From positions 112,346,001 to 112,410,000 of the forward strand of contig NC_086108.1 of assembly GCF_963921235.1 (NCBI RefSeq): DNA of 64,000 bases, written 5' to 3'. Source of the DNA: Mobula hypostoma (Eukaryota). The notes under the pieces are model-generated. The model saw only the letters and a program-made list of their open reading frames with translations, was not told the origin of the DNA and did not search any database. Positions 50,067-63,669 of the stretch are shown piece after piece (the first letter of the stretch is position 1; every line of letters begins with the position of its first letter). The translations under genes were made by a program, and so were the position numbers.

Positions 50067-50814
50067 TTCCTGTTTTGTTGATTATTGTGGTCTGTGTTGT
50101 TCTGCCGAGCATTGTGGGTAGGCTGTGTTGGTGCCAGAATGTGTGGCGATACTTGTGGGCTGCCCACAGCACACCCTCGGTTGTGTTGGTTGTTAACATA
50201 AATGACACATTTCTTTGTATGTTCCAATATACACATGATAAATAAACTTGAATTTTGAATCTTGATGAAGGCCAGCATACTAAATGCCTTCTTCACAACC
50301 CTGTCTACTTGCATAGCCACTTTCAGCGAACTGTGTACTTGTACTCCCAAGTCCTTCTGTTCCACAACACTCATTAGTGCCCTGGTTTGAGTCCCATTAG
50401 GTCCTACTCTGGTTTGACCATATAAATTACATCACCTCACACTTATTAGGCCACACTTAGGACAACAAGGAGGTAGCTGCAGGAGGCAGAGGAGCGGCTG
50501 CAGATTGCTTCGAGTCAGTGGACAGGGTCATATTCAAGCACTCATCTAGGGATCTGAATAAATACCCCATAGTTGCACTGGACATTATTGAAACAGCTGT
50601 AGGCAAGTGTGTCCCCACTAAATCATTCAGAGTCTTCTCCAGTCAGAACCATGAGATCCACAATCTGCTGAGAGCCAGATCAGAGGCATTCAAGTCTGGT
50701 GACCAAGGAAGTTACAAGAGGTCCAGGTGTGATCTCCAGAAGCCATCTCACAGACAAAGTGGAAATTCTGGGCCAATCTTGAATCAACGAAGGGTGCTCA
50801 ACAGTTGTGGCAGG

Positions 50815-53544
50815 GCAAAGGACAAAGAAGGAGGTCCTGAAGAGAGATTTCCAGGAGGTAGGAAGGAAGCTGAGAAGCAGGACCTCCAGGGTAGTAATCT
50901 CGGGATTGCTACCTGTGCCACGTGCTAGCGAGGGCAAGAGTAGTCGGATCAGGCAGATGAATGCCTGGCTGAGAGACTGGTGTAGGGGGCAGGGCTTCAG
51001 ATTCTTGGATAATTGGGATCTCTTCTGGGGGAAGTATGACCTGTTCAAAAAGGACAGGTTACACCCTAACCCGAAGGGGACCAATATCCTGGCGGGAAAG
51101 TTTAATAGAGCTGTTAGGGAGGTTTAAACTAATTTGGCAGGGGGATGGGAACCGCAATGATAGAGCGGAGGAAGGGGAAAACAGAAATAAATCTAAGATA
51201 GTGAGCAGTAAAGATGTCAGGAAAGACAGGCAGGTGATGGGGCAAATGTGTAGCCATTGGGATGAGTTGCAGTGCAATAAAGTTGCAGTGAAATCAAAGC
51301 AAAAAGTATCAAATACTGGTCTTAAGGTGTTGTACTTAAATGCACGCAGCATAAGAAATAAGGTGGATGATCTTGTTGTACAGCTACAGATTGGCAGATA
51401 TGATATTGTGGCCATCACTGAGACCTGGCTAAAGGATGCATGTCTCTGGGAGCTGAACGTCCAAGGATACACGGTATATCAGAAGGATAGGAAGGTAGGC
51501 AGAGGGGGAGGCGTGGCTTTATTGGTAAGAAATGATATTAAATCATTAGAAAGAGGTGATATAGGATCGGAAGGTGCAGAATCTTTATGGGTTGAGCTAA
51601 GGAATAGCAGGGGTAAAAGGACCCTGATGGCAGTTATTTATAGGCCTCCAAACAGCTGCAGGGATGTGGACTACAAATTACAACTGGAAATAGAAAAGGC
51701 TTGTCAGAAGGTCAGTGTTATGGTAATTGTGGGGGATTTTAAAATGCGATAAGATTGGAAAAATCAGGTCGGCACTAGATCTCGAGAGAATTTGTAGAAT
51801 GTCTGCGAGATGGCTTTTTAGAACAGCTTGTTGTTGAGCCCACTAGGGGATCGGCTGTACTGGATTGGGTATTGTGTAATGAACCAGAGGTGATTGGAGA
51901 GATTGAGGTGAAGGAACCCTTAGGAGGCAGTGATCATAACATGATTGAGTTCACTGTGAAATTAGAAAAAGAGAAGCCGAAATCTGATGTGTTGGTGTTT
52001 CAGTGGAGTAAAGGAAACTACAGTGGCGTGAGAGAGGAACTGGCCAAAGTTGACTGGAAAGAGACACTGGCGGGAAAGACAGCAGAGCAGCAGTGGCTAG
52101 AGTTTATGCGAGAAATGAGGAATGTGCAAGACAGGTATATTCCAAAAAAGAAGAAATTTTCGAGTGGAAAAAGGATGCAACCGTGGTTGACAAGAGAAGT
52201 CAAAGCCAAAGTTAAAGCTAAGGAGAGGGCATACAAGGAAGCAAAAATTAGTGGGAAGACAGAGGATTGGGAAGTCTTTAAAACCTTACAAAAGGAAACC
52301 AAGAAGGTCATTAAGAGAGAAAAGATTAACTATGAAAGGAAACTAGCAAATAATATCGAAGAGGATACTAAAAGCTTTTTCAAGTATATAAAGAGTAAAA
52401 GACAGGTGAGAGTAGATATAGGACCGATAGAAAATGATACTGGAGAAATTGTAATGGGAGATGAGGAGATGGCAGAGGAACTGAACAAGTATTTTGCAGC
52501 AGTCTTCACTGAGGAAGACAGCAGGATACCGGACACTCAAGGGTGGCAGGGAAGAGAAGTGTGAGTAGTCACAATTACGACAGAGAAAGTACTCAGGAAG
52601 CTGAATAGGCTAAAGGTCGATAAATCTCCTGGACCAGATGGAATGCACCCTCGTGTTCTGAAGGAAGTAGCTGTGGAGATTGCGGAGGCATTAGCGATGA
52701 TCTTTCAAAAGTCGATAGATTCTGGCATGGTTCCGGAAGACTGGAAGATTGCAAATGTCACTCCGCTATTTAAGAAGGGGGCAAGGAAGCAAAAAGGAAA
52801 TTATAGACCTGTTAGCTTGACGTCGGTGGTTGGGAAGTTGTTGGAGTCGATTGTCAAGGATGAGGTTACAGAGTACCTGGAGGCATATGACAAGATAGGC
52901 AGAACTCAGCATGGATTCCTTAAAGGAAAATCCTGCCTGACAAACCTATTACAATTTTTTGAGGAAATTACCAGTAGGCTAGACAAGGGAGATGCAGTGG
53001 ATGTTGTATATTTGGATTTTCAGAAGGCCTTTGACAAGGTGCCACACATGAGGCTGCTTAACAAGATAAGAGCCCATGGAATTACAGGAAAGTTACATAC
53101 GTGGATAGGGCGTTGGCTGATTGGCAGGAAACAGAGAGTGGGAATAAAGGGATCCTATTCTGGTTGGCTGCTGGTTACCAGTGGTATTCCACAGGGATCA
53201 GTGTTGGGGCCGCTTCTTTTTATGTTGTACATCAACGATTTGGATTATGGAATAGATGGCTTTGTGGCTAAGTTTGCTGACGATACGAAGATAGGTGGAG
53301 GGACCGGTAGTGCTGAGGAAACGGAGAGTCTGCAGAGAGACTTGGATAGAATGGAAGAATGGGCAGAGAAGTGACAAATGAAGTACAATGTTGGAAAGTG
53401 TATGGTTATGCACTTTGGCAGAAAAAATAAACGGGCAGACTATTATTTAAATGGGGAAAGAATTCAAAGTTCTGAGATGCAACGGGACTTGGGAGTCCTC
53501 GTACAGGATTCCCTTAAAGTTAACCTCCAGGTTGAGTCGGTAGT
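50815..53544 (+). mobile_element. CR1 (third subfamily): ORF1 esterase C-terminus + ORF2 APE-RT, few disablements, both ends truncated
   Basis: VVISGLLPVPRA...DRLH; YLNARSIRNK, ITETWL, YRPP, GSDH; RT motifs through KFADDTK. Confidence 0.92.
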
Positions 53545-54071
53545 CCTGAGGAGCAACTTAGATTCGCTCCAATTTGCCTACCGAAGCAACAAGTCCACAG
53601 CAGAAACTCTTCACTCAACCCTGAAACATCTGGGACAGCAAAGATGCGCATATCAGAATGCTCTTTATTGACTATAGCTCGGTATTCCCCTCAAAACCAG
53701 TCAATCAGCTCCAAGACCTTGGCCTCAATACTTGCTTGTGCAATTGGATCCTGAATTTCCTACTTGCAGATCCCAGTCAGTTTGGACCGGCACAGTATCT
53801 CCTCCAGGCTCTCCATCAGCACAGGTGCACCACAGGTCTGTGTGCTTAGCACCCTGCTCTACTCACTGTACACTTATAACTGTGGCTAAGCACAGCTCTA
53901 ATGCCATATTCAAGTTTGCTGATGACACCACTGTTGTAGGCTGAATCAAAGGTGGTGATGAAACAACATACAGGAGGGAGATTGAAAATCTGGCATCATA
54001 CTAAATGTCAGCAAGACCAATGAGCTCATTGTAGACTTCGTGATAATAAGTCTAACTTTCTAACTTTCTCT
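53545..54071 (+). mobile_element. Rex1/Babar-like fragment inserted in CR1
   Basis: LDSLQFAYRSNKST; KFADDTTVVG; TSD ggtagt (53539-53544, 54072-54077); CR1 resumes at taggaaggcaa. Confidence 0.8.
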
Positions 54072-54429
54072 GGTAGTTAGGAAGGCAAGAACTTCACTTA
54101 TCCCGTCATTGAAATGTTTCCTCTTTCAAGGACTCTTCATCTCATGTTCTTGACATTTATTCCTTATTTTTTTATTTTATTAAATTAAACTTAATTAATT
54201 TAATTTAATAAATGGAGGGGGGGGGGCAGATGAGGTGGGATGAACCATTGCTCATTTGCCACTGAGCTTGTTACTGAAACTGGCTACACTGTCCTCTCTT
54301 TCGCAACTGTGACTTTAGACCATAAGACCAAAAGTCCATGAGATATATAAAATGATGTGTATAAGATGATGAGAAGCATTGATCGTGTGGCTAGTCAGAG
54401 GCTTTTTCACAGGGCAGAAATGGCTAGCA

Positions 54430-57400
54430 TTTCCAGGGGACTGGAGTTGCAGCTCGATAACCTTTGTCTGGTCAGGGAAAGTGAGGAGGTGATAGAAAGG
54501 AGTTGTAGGCAGGTGGTCACACCGGGGCCATGGGAGACAGACAAGTGGGTAACAGAAGAGGGAAGGTGAATAGTCAGGTACTGGAGAGTACCCCTGAGGC
54601 TGTCCCTCTGAACAATAAGTACTCCTGTTTGAGTACTGTTGGGAGGGGACAGCCTACCTGGGGGAAGCAACAGTGGCTGTGCCTCTGGCACAGAGTCCAC
54701 CCTGTGGCTCAGAAGAGTAGGGAAAGGAAGAGGAAGGCAGTAGTGATAGGGGACTCTATACTTAGGGGGTCAGACAGGCAATTCTGTGGATGCAGGAAAA
54801 AAAAACTCGGATGGTAGTTTGCCTCTCAGGTGCCAGGGTCCGGGATGTTTCAGATCACGTCCACGATATCCTGAACTGGGAACGAGAACAGCCAGAGGTT
54901 GTGGTACATATTGCTACCAATGACATAGGTAGGAAAAGGGAAGAGGTCCTGAAAACAGACTACAGGGAGTTCGGAAGGAAATTGAGAAGCAGGACCGCAA
55001 AGGTAGTAATCTTGGGATTACTGCCTGTGCCACGTGACAGTGAGTATAGGAATAGAATGAGGTGGAGGATAAATGCGTGGCTGAGGGATTGGAGCAGGGG
55101 GCAGGGATTCAGACTGCTGGATCATTGGGACCTCTTTTGGGGCAGGTGTGACCTGTACAAAAAGGACAGGTTGCTCTTGAATCCCAGGGGGACCAATATC
55201 CTGGCGGGGAGGTTTGCTAAGACTACTGGGGAGAGTTTAAACTAGAACTGTTGGGGGGTGGGAGCCGAACTGAGAGACTGGGGAAGAGGCGGTTGGCCCA
55301 CAAATAGAGAAAGCTTGGAGACAGTGTGTGAGGGTGGATAGGCAGCTGATAGAGAAGGGACGCACTCAGACCAACGGTTTCAGAACGCAAGGAGTATTGT
55401 GAACAAAGCCGATGAGCTTAGAGCATGGATCAATCAGTACTTGGAGCTGTGAAGTGGTGGCCATTACAGAGACTTGGATGGCTCTGGGACAGTAATGGTT
55501 ACTTCAAGTGCTGGGTTTTAGATGCGTCAGAAAGGACAGGGAGGGAGGCAAAAGAGGAGGGGGTGTGGCACTGTTGATCAGAGATGGTGTAAGAGCTGCA
55601 GAAAAGGTGGACATCATGGAAGGATTGTCTACGGAATCTCTGTGGGTGGAGGTTAGGAACCGGAAGAGGTCAATAACATCACTGGGTGTTTTTTATAGGA
55701 CGCCCAATAGTAACAGGGATATCGAGGAGCAGATAAGGAAACAGATTCTGGAAAGGAGTAATAATAACAGAGATGTTGTGATGGGAGATTTTAAGTTCCC
55801 AAATATTGATCGGCATCTCCCTAGAGCAAAGGATTTAGATGGGGTGGAGTTTGTTAGGTGTGTTCAGGAAGGTTTCTTGACATAATATGTAGATAAGCCT
55901 ACAAGAGGAGAGACTGCACTTGATTTGGTATTGGGAAATTAACCTGGTCAGGTGTCAGATCTCTCAGTGGGAGAGCATTTTGGAGATAGTGATCATAATT
56001 CTATCTCCTTTACAATAGCATTGGAGAGAGATAGGAACAGACAAGTTAGAAAAGCGTTTAATTGGAGTAAGGGGAATTATGAGGCTATCAGGCAGGAAAT
56101 TGGAAGCTTAAACTGCGAGCAGATGTTCTCAGGGAAAAGTATGGAAGAAATGTGACAAATGTTCAGAGGATATTTGTGTGGAGTACTGCATAGGTACGTT
56201 CCAATGAGACAGGGAAGTTATGGTATGGCACAGGAAACATGGTGTACAAAGGCTGTAATAAATCTAGTCAAGAAGAAAAGAAAAGCTCACGAAAGGTTCA
56301 GAGAGCTAGGTAATGTTAGAGATCTAGAGAATTATCAGGCTAACAGGAAGGAGCTTAAGAAGGAAATTAAGAGAGCCAGAAGGGGCCATGAGAAGGCCTT
56401 GGAGGGCAGGATTAAGGAAAACCCCAAGGTCTTCTACAAGCATGTGAAGAGCAAGAGGATAAGACGTGAAAGAATAGGACTTATCAAGTGTGACAGTGGG
56501 AAAGTGTGTATGGAACCGTAGGAAATAACAGAGGTACTTAATGAATACTTCAGTATTCACTATGGAAAAGAATCTTGGTGATTGTAGTGATGACTTGCAG
56601 CAGTCTGAAAAGCTTAAGCATGTAGATATTAAGAAAGAGGATGTGCTGGAGCTTTTGGAAAGCATCAAGTTGGATAAGTCGCTGGGACCAGATAAGATGT
56701 ACCCCAGGCTACTGTGGGAGGCGAGGGAGGAGATTGCTGAGCCTCTGGCAATGATCTTTGCATCATCAATGGGGACGGGAGAGGTTCTGGAGGATTGGAG
56801 GGTTGTGGATGTTGGTTCCCTTATTCAAGAAAGGGAGTAGAGATAGCCCAGGAAATTATAAACCAGTGAGTCTTACTTCAGTGGTTGGCAAGTTGATGGA
56901 GAAGATCCTGAGAGGCAGAATTTATGAACATTTGGAGAGGTATAATATGATTAGGAATAGTCAGCATGGCTTTGTCAAGGGCAGGTCGTGCCTTACGAGA
57001 CTGACTGAATTTTTTGAGGATGAGACTAAACACATTGATGAAGGAAGAGCAGTAGATGTAGTGTATATGGGTTTCAGCAGGGCATTTGATAAGGTATCCC
57101 ATGCAAGGCTTATTGAGAAAGTAAGGAGGTTTGGGATCCATGGGGACAATGCTTTGTGGATTCAGAACTGGCTTGCCGATAGAAGACAAAGAGTGGTTGT
57201 AGATGGATCATATTCTGCATGGAGGTCGGTGACCAGTGGAGTGCCTCAGGGATCTGTTCTGGGACCCTTACTCTTCGTGATTTTTATAAATGACCTGGAT
57301 GAGGAAGTGGAGGGATAGGTTAGTAAGTTTGCTGATGACACAAAGGTTGGAGGTGTTGTGGATGGTGTGGAGGGCTGTCAGATGTTACAGCAGGACATTG

Positions 57401-58248
57401 ATAGGATGCAAAACTGGGCTGAGAAGTGGCAGATGGATTTCAACCCAGATAAGTGTGAAGTGGTTCATTTTGGTAGGTCAAATATGATGGCAGAATATAG
57501 TATTAATGGTAAGACTCTTGGCAGTGTGGAGGATCAGAGGGATCTTGGGGTCTGAGTCCATAGGATGCTCAAAGCAGCTGCACAGGTTGACGCTGTGGTT
57601 AAGAAGGCGTACGGTGTATTGACCTTCATCAATCGTGGAATTGAATTTAGGAGCCGAGAGGTAATGTTGCAGCTATATAGGACCCTGGTCAGACCACACG
57701 TGGAGTACTGTGCTCAGTTCTGGTCGCCTCACTATAGGAAGGATATGGAAGACATAGAAAGGGTGCAGAGGAGATTTACAAGGATGTTGCCTGGATTGGG
57801 GAGCATGCCTTATGAAAACAGGTTGAGTGAACTTGACCTATTCTCCCTGGAGTGACGGAGGATGAGAGATGACCTGATCAAGTTGTATAAAATGATGAAA
57901 GGCATTGATCGTGTGGATATTCAGAGGCTTTTTCCCAGGGCTGAAATGGCTGCCACAAGGAGACACAGGTTTAAGGTGCTGGGGAAGTAGGTACAGAGGA
58001 GGTGTCAGTGGTAAGTTTTTTACTCAGAGAGTGGTGAGTGCGTGGAATGGGCTGCCGGCAACGGTGGTGGAGGCGGATACCATAGGGTCTTTTAAGAGTC
58101 TTTTGTATAGGTATATGGAGCTTAGAAAAATAGAGGACTATGGGTAACCCTAGTAATTTCTAAGGTAGGGACATGTTTGACACAACTTTGTGGGCCGAAG
58201 GGCTTGTATTGTGCTGTAGGTTTTCTATGTTTTCTATGTTCTATGTTT
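54430..58248 (+). mobile_element. Near full-length CR1 (subfamily B): ORF1 SGNH esterase + ORF2 APE-RT, decayed
   Basis: VIGDSILRG, HIATND; GGGVALL; RT motifs; (tttctatg)n tail; TSD ctagca (54424-54429, 58249-58254). Confidence 0.95.
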
Positions 58249-58434
58249 CTAGCACGAGAGGGCAGTTTTAAGGTGCTTGGAAGTAGGTACAGAGGAGATG
58301 TCAAGGGTAGGTTTTTTTCACAGAGTGGTGAGTGCATGGAATGGGCTGCCGGCAACGGAAGTGGAGGCAGATGTTCAGCACAGCTTTGTGGGCCAAAAGG
58401 CCTGTATTGTGCTGTAGGTTTTCTATGTTTCTAT

Positions 58435-59310
58435 ATAGGAGCAGAATTAGATCATTCAGCCCTTCAAATCTGCCCCACTATTCCATCATGGCTGACTTAT
58501 TAGTCTTCTCTCAACTCCATTCTCCTGCCTTCTTCCCATAACCTTTGAAGCCCTGATTAATCAAGAATCTTTCAGCCTCCGCTTTAAATATACCCATTGA
58601 TTTGGCCTTCACAGCCATATGTGGCAATGGATTCCATAGATTCACCACCCACTGGCTAAAGAAATTCCTTCTTATCTCTGTTCTAAATGGACATCTCTCT
58701 ATTCTGGGGCTGTGCCCCCTGGTCTGAGACTACCCCAAATATTGGAAACATCCTCTCCACATCCACCCCATCTGGGCTTTCCAATATTTGACGGGTTTCA
58801 GTGAGATCCCCTCTCATTCTTTTGAAGTCCAGGAGTGAATGGTCTAAAGGCCCAGAGCCATCAAATGTTCCTTATGTGCTGACCCTTTCATTCCTGGAAT
58901 CATTCTCATGAACCAACACACACAAAATGCTGGAGGAACTCAGCAGGTCAGACAGCATCCATGGAGGGGAATAAGCAGTCAACGTTTTAGACCAAGATCC
59001 TTCCTCAAAGCAGAAAAACCAGAATAAAAAGGTGGGGGGAGGTGAAATGATAACTAGAAGGTGATAGCGGAAGCCATATGATTGGGAAAGGTAAAGGTCT
59101 GGAATGGAAGAAATCTGATAGGAGAGGATAGGGAACCATGGGAGAAAGGGAAGGAGGGGGGACCCAGGAGGAGGTGATAGGCAGATGAGAAGAGGTAAGA
59201 GGCCAGAGTGGGGAATAAAAGAAGAAAGGAGAGGAAGGAAATTTTTTTTAACTGGATCGTGAACCTCCTCTGGACTATCACCAATGCCAGCACGTCATTT
59301 CTTAGATAAT
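58435..59310 (-). mobile_element. CR1 (subfamily A) 3' fragment (tail at ~54318-54348), interrupted by a PLE
   Basis: 3' UTR/ORF2 end matching the other subfamily A copies. Confidence 0.8.
58915..59255 (-). mobile_element. Penelope-like 3' UTR fragment
   Basis: Same tail plus purine-rich tract; tgaacc on both sides. Confidence 0.7.
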
Positions 59311-59844
59311 GTGTCATTTACAATTGAAGGGACATACTGAAGGCAGTGGAAAGCACGATATAAAAGCAATAAATACTGCCATTTTTGGATAGAAAGCAGC
59401 TCTCCCAGAGCAACCTTCTGTCATGAGTTACTGAAACTATGCAGATAATTTAAACTGAATAACTATGGTGTCTGGTCTCAATAAGTGTGGAATAGTGCCA
59501 GCGTATCGGTTGCCAGAGTGTACATAGCTGTTAATAATCGGCAAACTGATTCTCTTTACTGTGTCCAATGGTGGTTTACAGACAACAGCACTTCCATTCT
59601 CAGAATTTCTGGAATGTTCCGTTTGCGAATGTTCATACCCCTGGTGATTTACAAATGGGGTCAGCACAGACGATTACATGCGAATATTATCAGTTCGGGA
59701 AATTTTAAATTATATGAAAATAAACTTTATTTTTTGTTAACAAATAAATAATCTTAGATGTTCACATACAGCATGAAAACAGGCCCTTTGGCCCTCAAGT
59801 TAGTGCTTAACATCAACCGCACATTGACACCATTTCTACACCAG

Positions 59845-60805
59845 AGATTTTGCAGATGCTGGAAATCCAGATCAACACACACATATTGCTGGAAGAACGC
59901 AGCAGGTCAGGCAGCTTCTATGGAAAGGAACAAACAGTCAACATTTCGGGCCAAGAATCTTCTTCAAGACTGGAAAGGAACACAGAAAAAAGCAAAATAA
60001 GTAGGTGGAGGAGAGGAAGGAGGAGAAGCTGGTGAAGCCAGGTGAGTCGGGGAGGGGAGATGAAATAAGTTGGCTGGTAATAGGTGGAAGAGGTATAGGG
60101 CTAGAGAAGAGGGAATTTGATAGGAGAGGAGAGAACCATGGGAGAAATGAAAGGAAGTGGGGCACCAAGGGAAACTGAGGAGAAGAGAAGAGGTAAGGGC
60201 GAGCCAGAGTGGGGATTGGAAGAAGAGGGAAGGGGAAAGGGAATAATTACTGGAAGGGAAGTTAAAGAAATTCATACACATAGTCATAGTCATAGTCATG
60301 CTTTATTGATCCCAGGGGAAATTGGTTTTCGTTACCGTTGCACCATAAATAATTAAATAGTAATAAAACCATAAATAGTTAAATAGTAATATGTAAATTA
60401 TGTCAGGAAATAAGTCCAGGACCAGCCTATTGGCTCAGGGTGTCTGACCCTCCAAGGGAGGAGTTGTAAAGTTTGATGGCCACAGACAGGAATGACTTCC
60501 TATGACACTCTGTGTTGCATCTCGGTGGAATGAGTCTCTGGCTGAATGTACTCCTGTGCCCAACCAGTACATTATGTAGTGGATGGGAAACATTGACCAA
60601 GATGGCATGCAACTTGGACAGCATCCTCTTTTCAGACACCACCATCAGAGAGTCCAGTTCCATCCTCACAACGTCACTGGCCTTACGAATGAGTTTGTTG
60701 ATTCTGTTAGTGTCTGCTACCCTCAGCCTGCTGCCCCAGCACACAACAGCAAACATGATCGCACTGGCCACCACAGATACCATCAGATTGGAGGCTACCC
60801 AGATG
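59845..60805 (-). mobile_element. Penelope-like 3' fragment interrupted by Rex1 (60280-60778)
   Basis: Tail and purine tract; resumes at ccatcagattggaggctacccaga, as at 15602-15625. Confidence 0.75.
60280..60778 (-). mobile_element. Rex1/Babar-like 3' fragment
   Basis: VVASAIMFAVVCWG...RLIPPRCNTECHRKSFL; (tagtca)n tail. Confidence 0.85.
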
Positions 60806-61904
60806 AAATCATCAAGAAATGGAAAGAATATGGCACAGCTGTAAATCTGCCTAGAGCAGGCCATCCTCAAAAACTGAGTGACTGTGCGAGAAGGGGACAA
60901 GCGGAGGAGCCCTATGACAACTTTAAAGGAGTTACAAGCTCCAGTGGCTGAGATGGGAGAGACTGTGTATACAACTGTTCCCAGGTGCTTCAGCAGTCAC
61001 ATCTTTATGGGAGAGTGGCAAAGAGAAAGCCATTGTTGGAAAAAACTCACATGAAATCTCACCTAGAGTTTGCCAGAGGGCATGTGAGAGACTCTGAAGT
61101 CCGCTGGAAGAAGGTTTTATGGTCTGATGAAACCAAAATTGAGCTTTTTACCCATCAGACTAAACACTATATTTGGAGTAATCCAAGCACTGCACATCAT
61201 CAAAAATACCCCATACCCACTGTGAAGCATGGTAGTAGCTGCATCATGCTGTGAGGACGCTTCACTGCAGCAGGCCCTGGAAGACTTGTGAAGGTATAGG
61301 GTAAAATGAAGGCAGCAAAATCCTGGGAAATCCTGGAGGAAAAGCTGATGCAGTCTGCAAGAAAACTGCGACTTGGGAGAAGATTTGTTTTCCAGCAAGA
61401 CAGTGACCCCAAGCGTAAAACCAAAGCTCCACAGGAATAGCTTCAAACAACAAAGTTAAAGTCCTGGAGTGGCCAAGTGAGAGTCCAGTCCTCAATCCAA
61501 TTGAGAATTTGTGTCTGGACTTGAAAAGAGCTGTTCATGCACGATCCCCATCAATCTGACAAAGCTTGAGCAATTTTATAAAGAAGAATTGGGAAAAATT
61601 GTAGTGTACAGATGTGCAAAGCTGATAGAGACCTATCCACACAGACACAAGGCTGTAATTGCTGCCAAAGGTGCATCTACTAAATACTGACTCGAAGAGG
61701 GTGAATACTTATGCAATTAATTGTTGTGTTTGATATTTGTAATTAACTTAGATCACTTTGTAGAGATCTTTTTTCACTTTGACACGAAAGAATCTTTTTC
61801 TGTTGATCAGTGTCAAGAAAACCCAATTAAATCTACTGTGATTCAATGTTGTAAAACATTAAAACATGAAAACTTCCAAGGGGGTGAATACTTTGTAGGC
61901 ACTA
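60806..61904 (+). mobile_element. Tc1 transposon (second family), left end lost, transposase pseudogene
   Basis: NLPRAGHPQKLS; RKPLL; VLWSDETKIELF; PTVKHG; right IR/DR with two gggtgaatactt repeats. Confidence 0.9.
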
Positions 61905-62589
61905 GATATATATAATTATATATATTATATATAGTAGATAATTAAATTAATAAGTAGTGCAAAAGGAAACAAAAAATAAATAACAATACAAAGTAGTGAG
62001 GTAGTGTTCATAGTCCATTCAGCTGTTCCTGAGTCATTGAGAGTGTGTCTTCAGGCCCCTGTACCTCCACCTTGAAGGTAGCAATGAGGGGAGGGCATGT
62101 CCTGAGTGATGGGAGTCCTTTATGATAGATGCCACCTTTTTGAGGCATCACCATTTGAAGGTGTCCTCAATTCCTGGGAAACTAGTACCCATGTTGAAGC
62201 TGGCTGAGTATACAACCCTCTGCAGCTTTTTCCGATCCTGTGCAGCGGCCTCTCCATACCAGATGCAACCAGTCAGTTTGCTCTCCACAGTACACCTGTA
62301 GAAATTGGCAATAGTCTTTGGTTACATACCAAGTTTCTTCAAATTCTTAATGAAATTTAGCCTCTTTGAAGGCATAAATATGCATGAATATGTTGGGCCC
62401 AGGATAGATCCTCAGAGATGTTGACACAAAGGAACTTGAAACTGCTCACTCTTTCCACTGCTGATCCCTCGATGAGCACTGGTGTATGTTCCCTCAACTC
62501 TTCCTTCCTGATGTCTTACTGACATTCACTGCAAATTTGTTGTCACAACACCACTCAACCAGCTGATCTATCTTGCTTCCTGTATAAAA

Positions 62590-63405
62590 CCATAAGACAA
62601 TGAGATATAAGAGCAGAATTAGGCCATTTCATCATGGCTGATCATTTTTTCCTCTCGGCTCTATTCTCCTGCCTTCTCCTCTTGTACCTTCATGCCCTGA
62701 TGAGTCAAGAATCTATCAAACTCTACCTTAAATAGTCGTGATGACTTGGCCTCCATTGCTGCCCGTGTCAACGAATTTCACAGATTCACCACTCTCCAGC
62801 TAAAGAAATTCTCCCTCATCTCTGTACTAAAGCAATGCCCCTATATTCTGAGGTTGGGTCCTCAGATCTCAGACTCTCCTTCCATAGGAAACACTCTCTC
62901 ATCCACTCTATCAGGCCTTTCACCATTCGATAGGCTTCAATGAGGTCACCCCTCATTCTCCTGAATCCCAGTGAATACACGTCTAGAGAGAATCAAAGTC
63001 TTCAGATGACAAACCATTCAATCCAATTTTGTGAATCTCCTTTCATCCCTCTCCGGTTTCAACACATCCTTTCTAAGATAAGGGGCCCAAAACTTCTAAC
63101 AATACTCTAAGTGAGGTCTCATCAGTGCTTTATAAAGTCTCAACAATACATCCTTGCTTTTATATTCTAGTCCTCTTGAAATGAATGCTAACATTGCATT
63201 TGCCTTACTCACCACCGACTCAACCTGCAAACTAACCTTTAGGGACCCCTGCACAAGGACTCCCAAGTCCGTTTGCACATCAGGTTTAGAATTTTCTTTC
63301 CATTTAGAAAATAGTCAACCCTTTCATTCCTGATACTGTATTCCATCTACCACTCCTTTGCCCATTCTCTTAATCTGTCTGAGTCCTTCTGTAGCCTCTC
63401 TACTT
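62590..63405 (-). mobile_element. CR1 (subfamily A) 3' fragment
   Basis: DLGVLVQGSLKVSLQVESVVSKANAMLAFISRGLEYKSK. Confidence 0.85.
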
Positions 63406-63669
63406 GGTGTGCCACAATGTCACCATTCAGGTGACCTATTCAGTACTGAAATCCAGTGGAAAGGAGTCTCCCCAAGGGAAGACAAGCACAGTGAGCCAGC
63501 ACCACCTTTGCAATCTCCCCCTCATAAAAACCTGAGTTACATCATGGAGACACACTTCAATGCAAACAGAACATTCTGGAAATGCCCAACAGGCTTGTGC
63601 AGAGTCTGGAGAGAGAAACAGGTTAACATTTTAGAATTAGAATGTTTAATATTTTCATATAGGCCAAGG

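Noticed and set aside
54790..55245. Host GDSL/SGNH lipase gene
   Set aside because: It is the CR1 ORF1 esterase directly upstream of APE-RT ORF2, and it is frameshifted
59485..59751. 88-aa ORF in unique sequence
   Set aside because: No recognisable domain, no ATG at the listed start, no convincing splice sites
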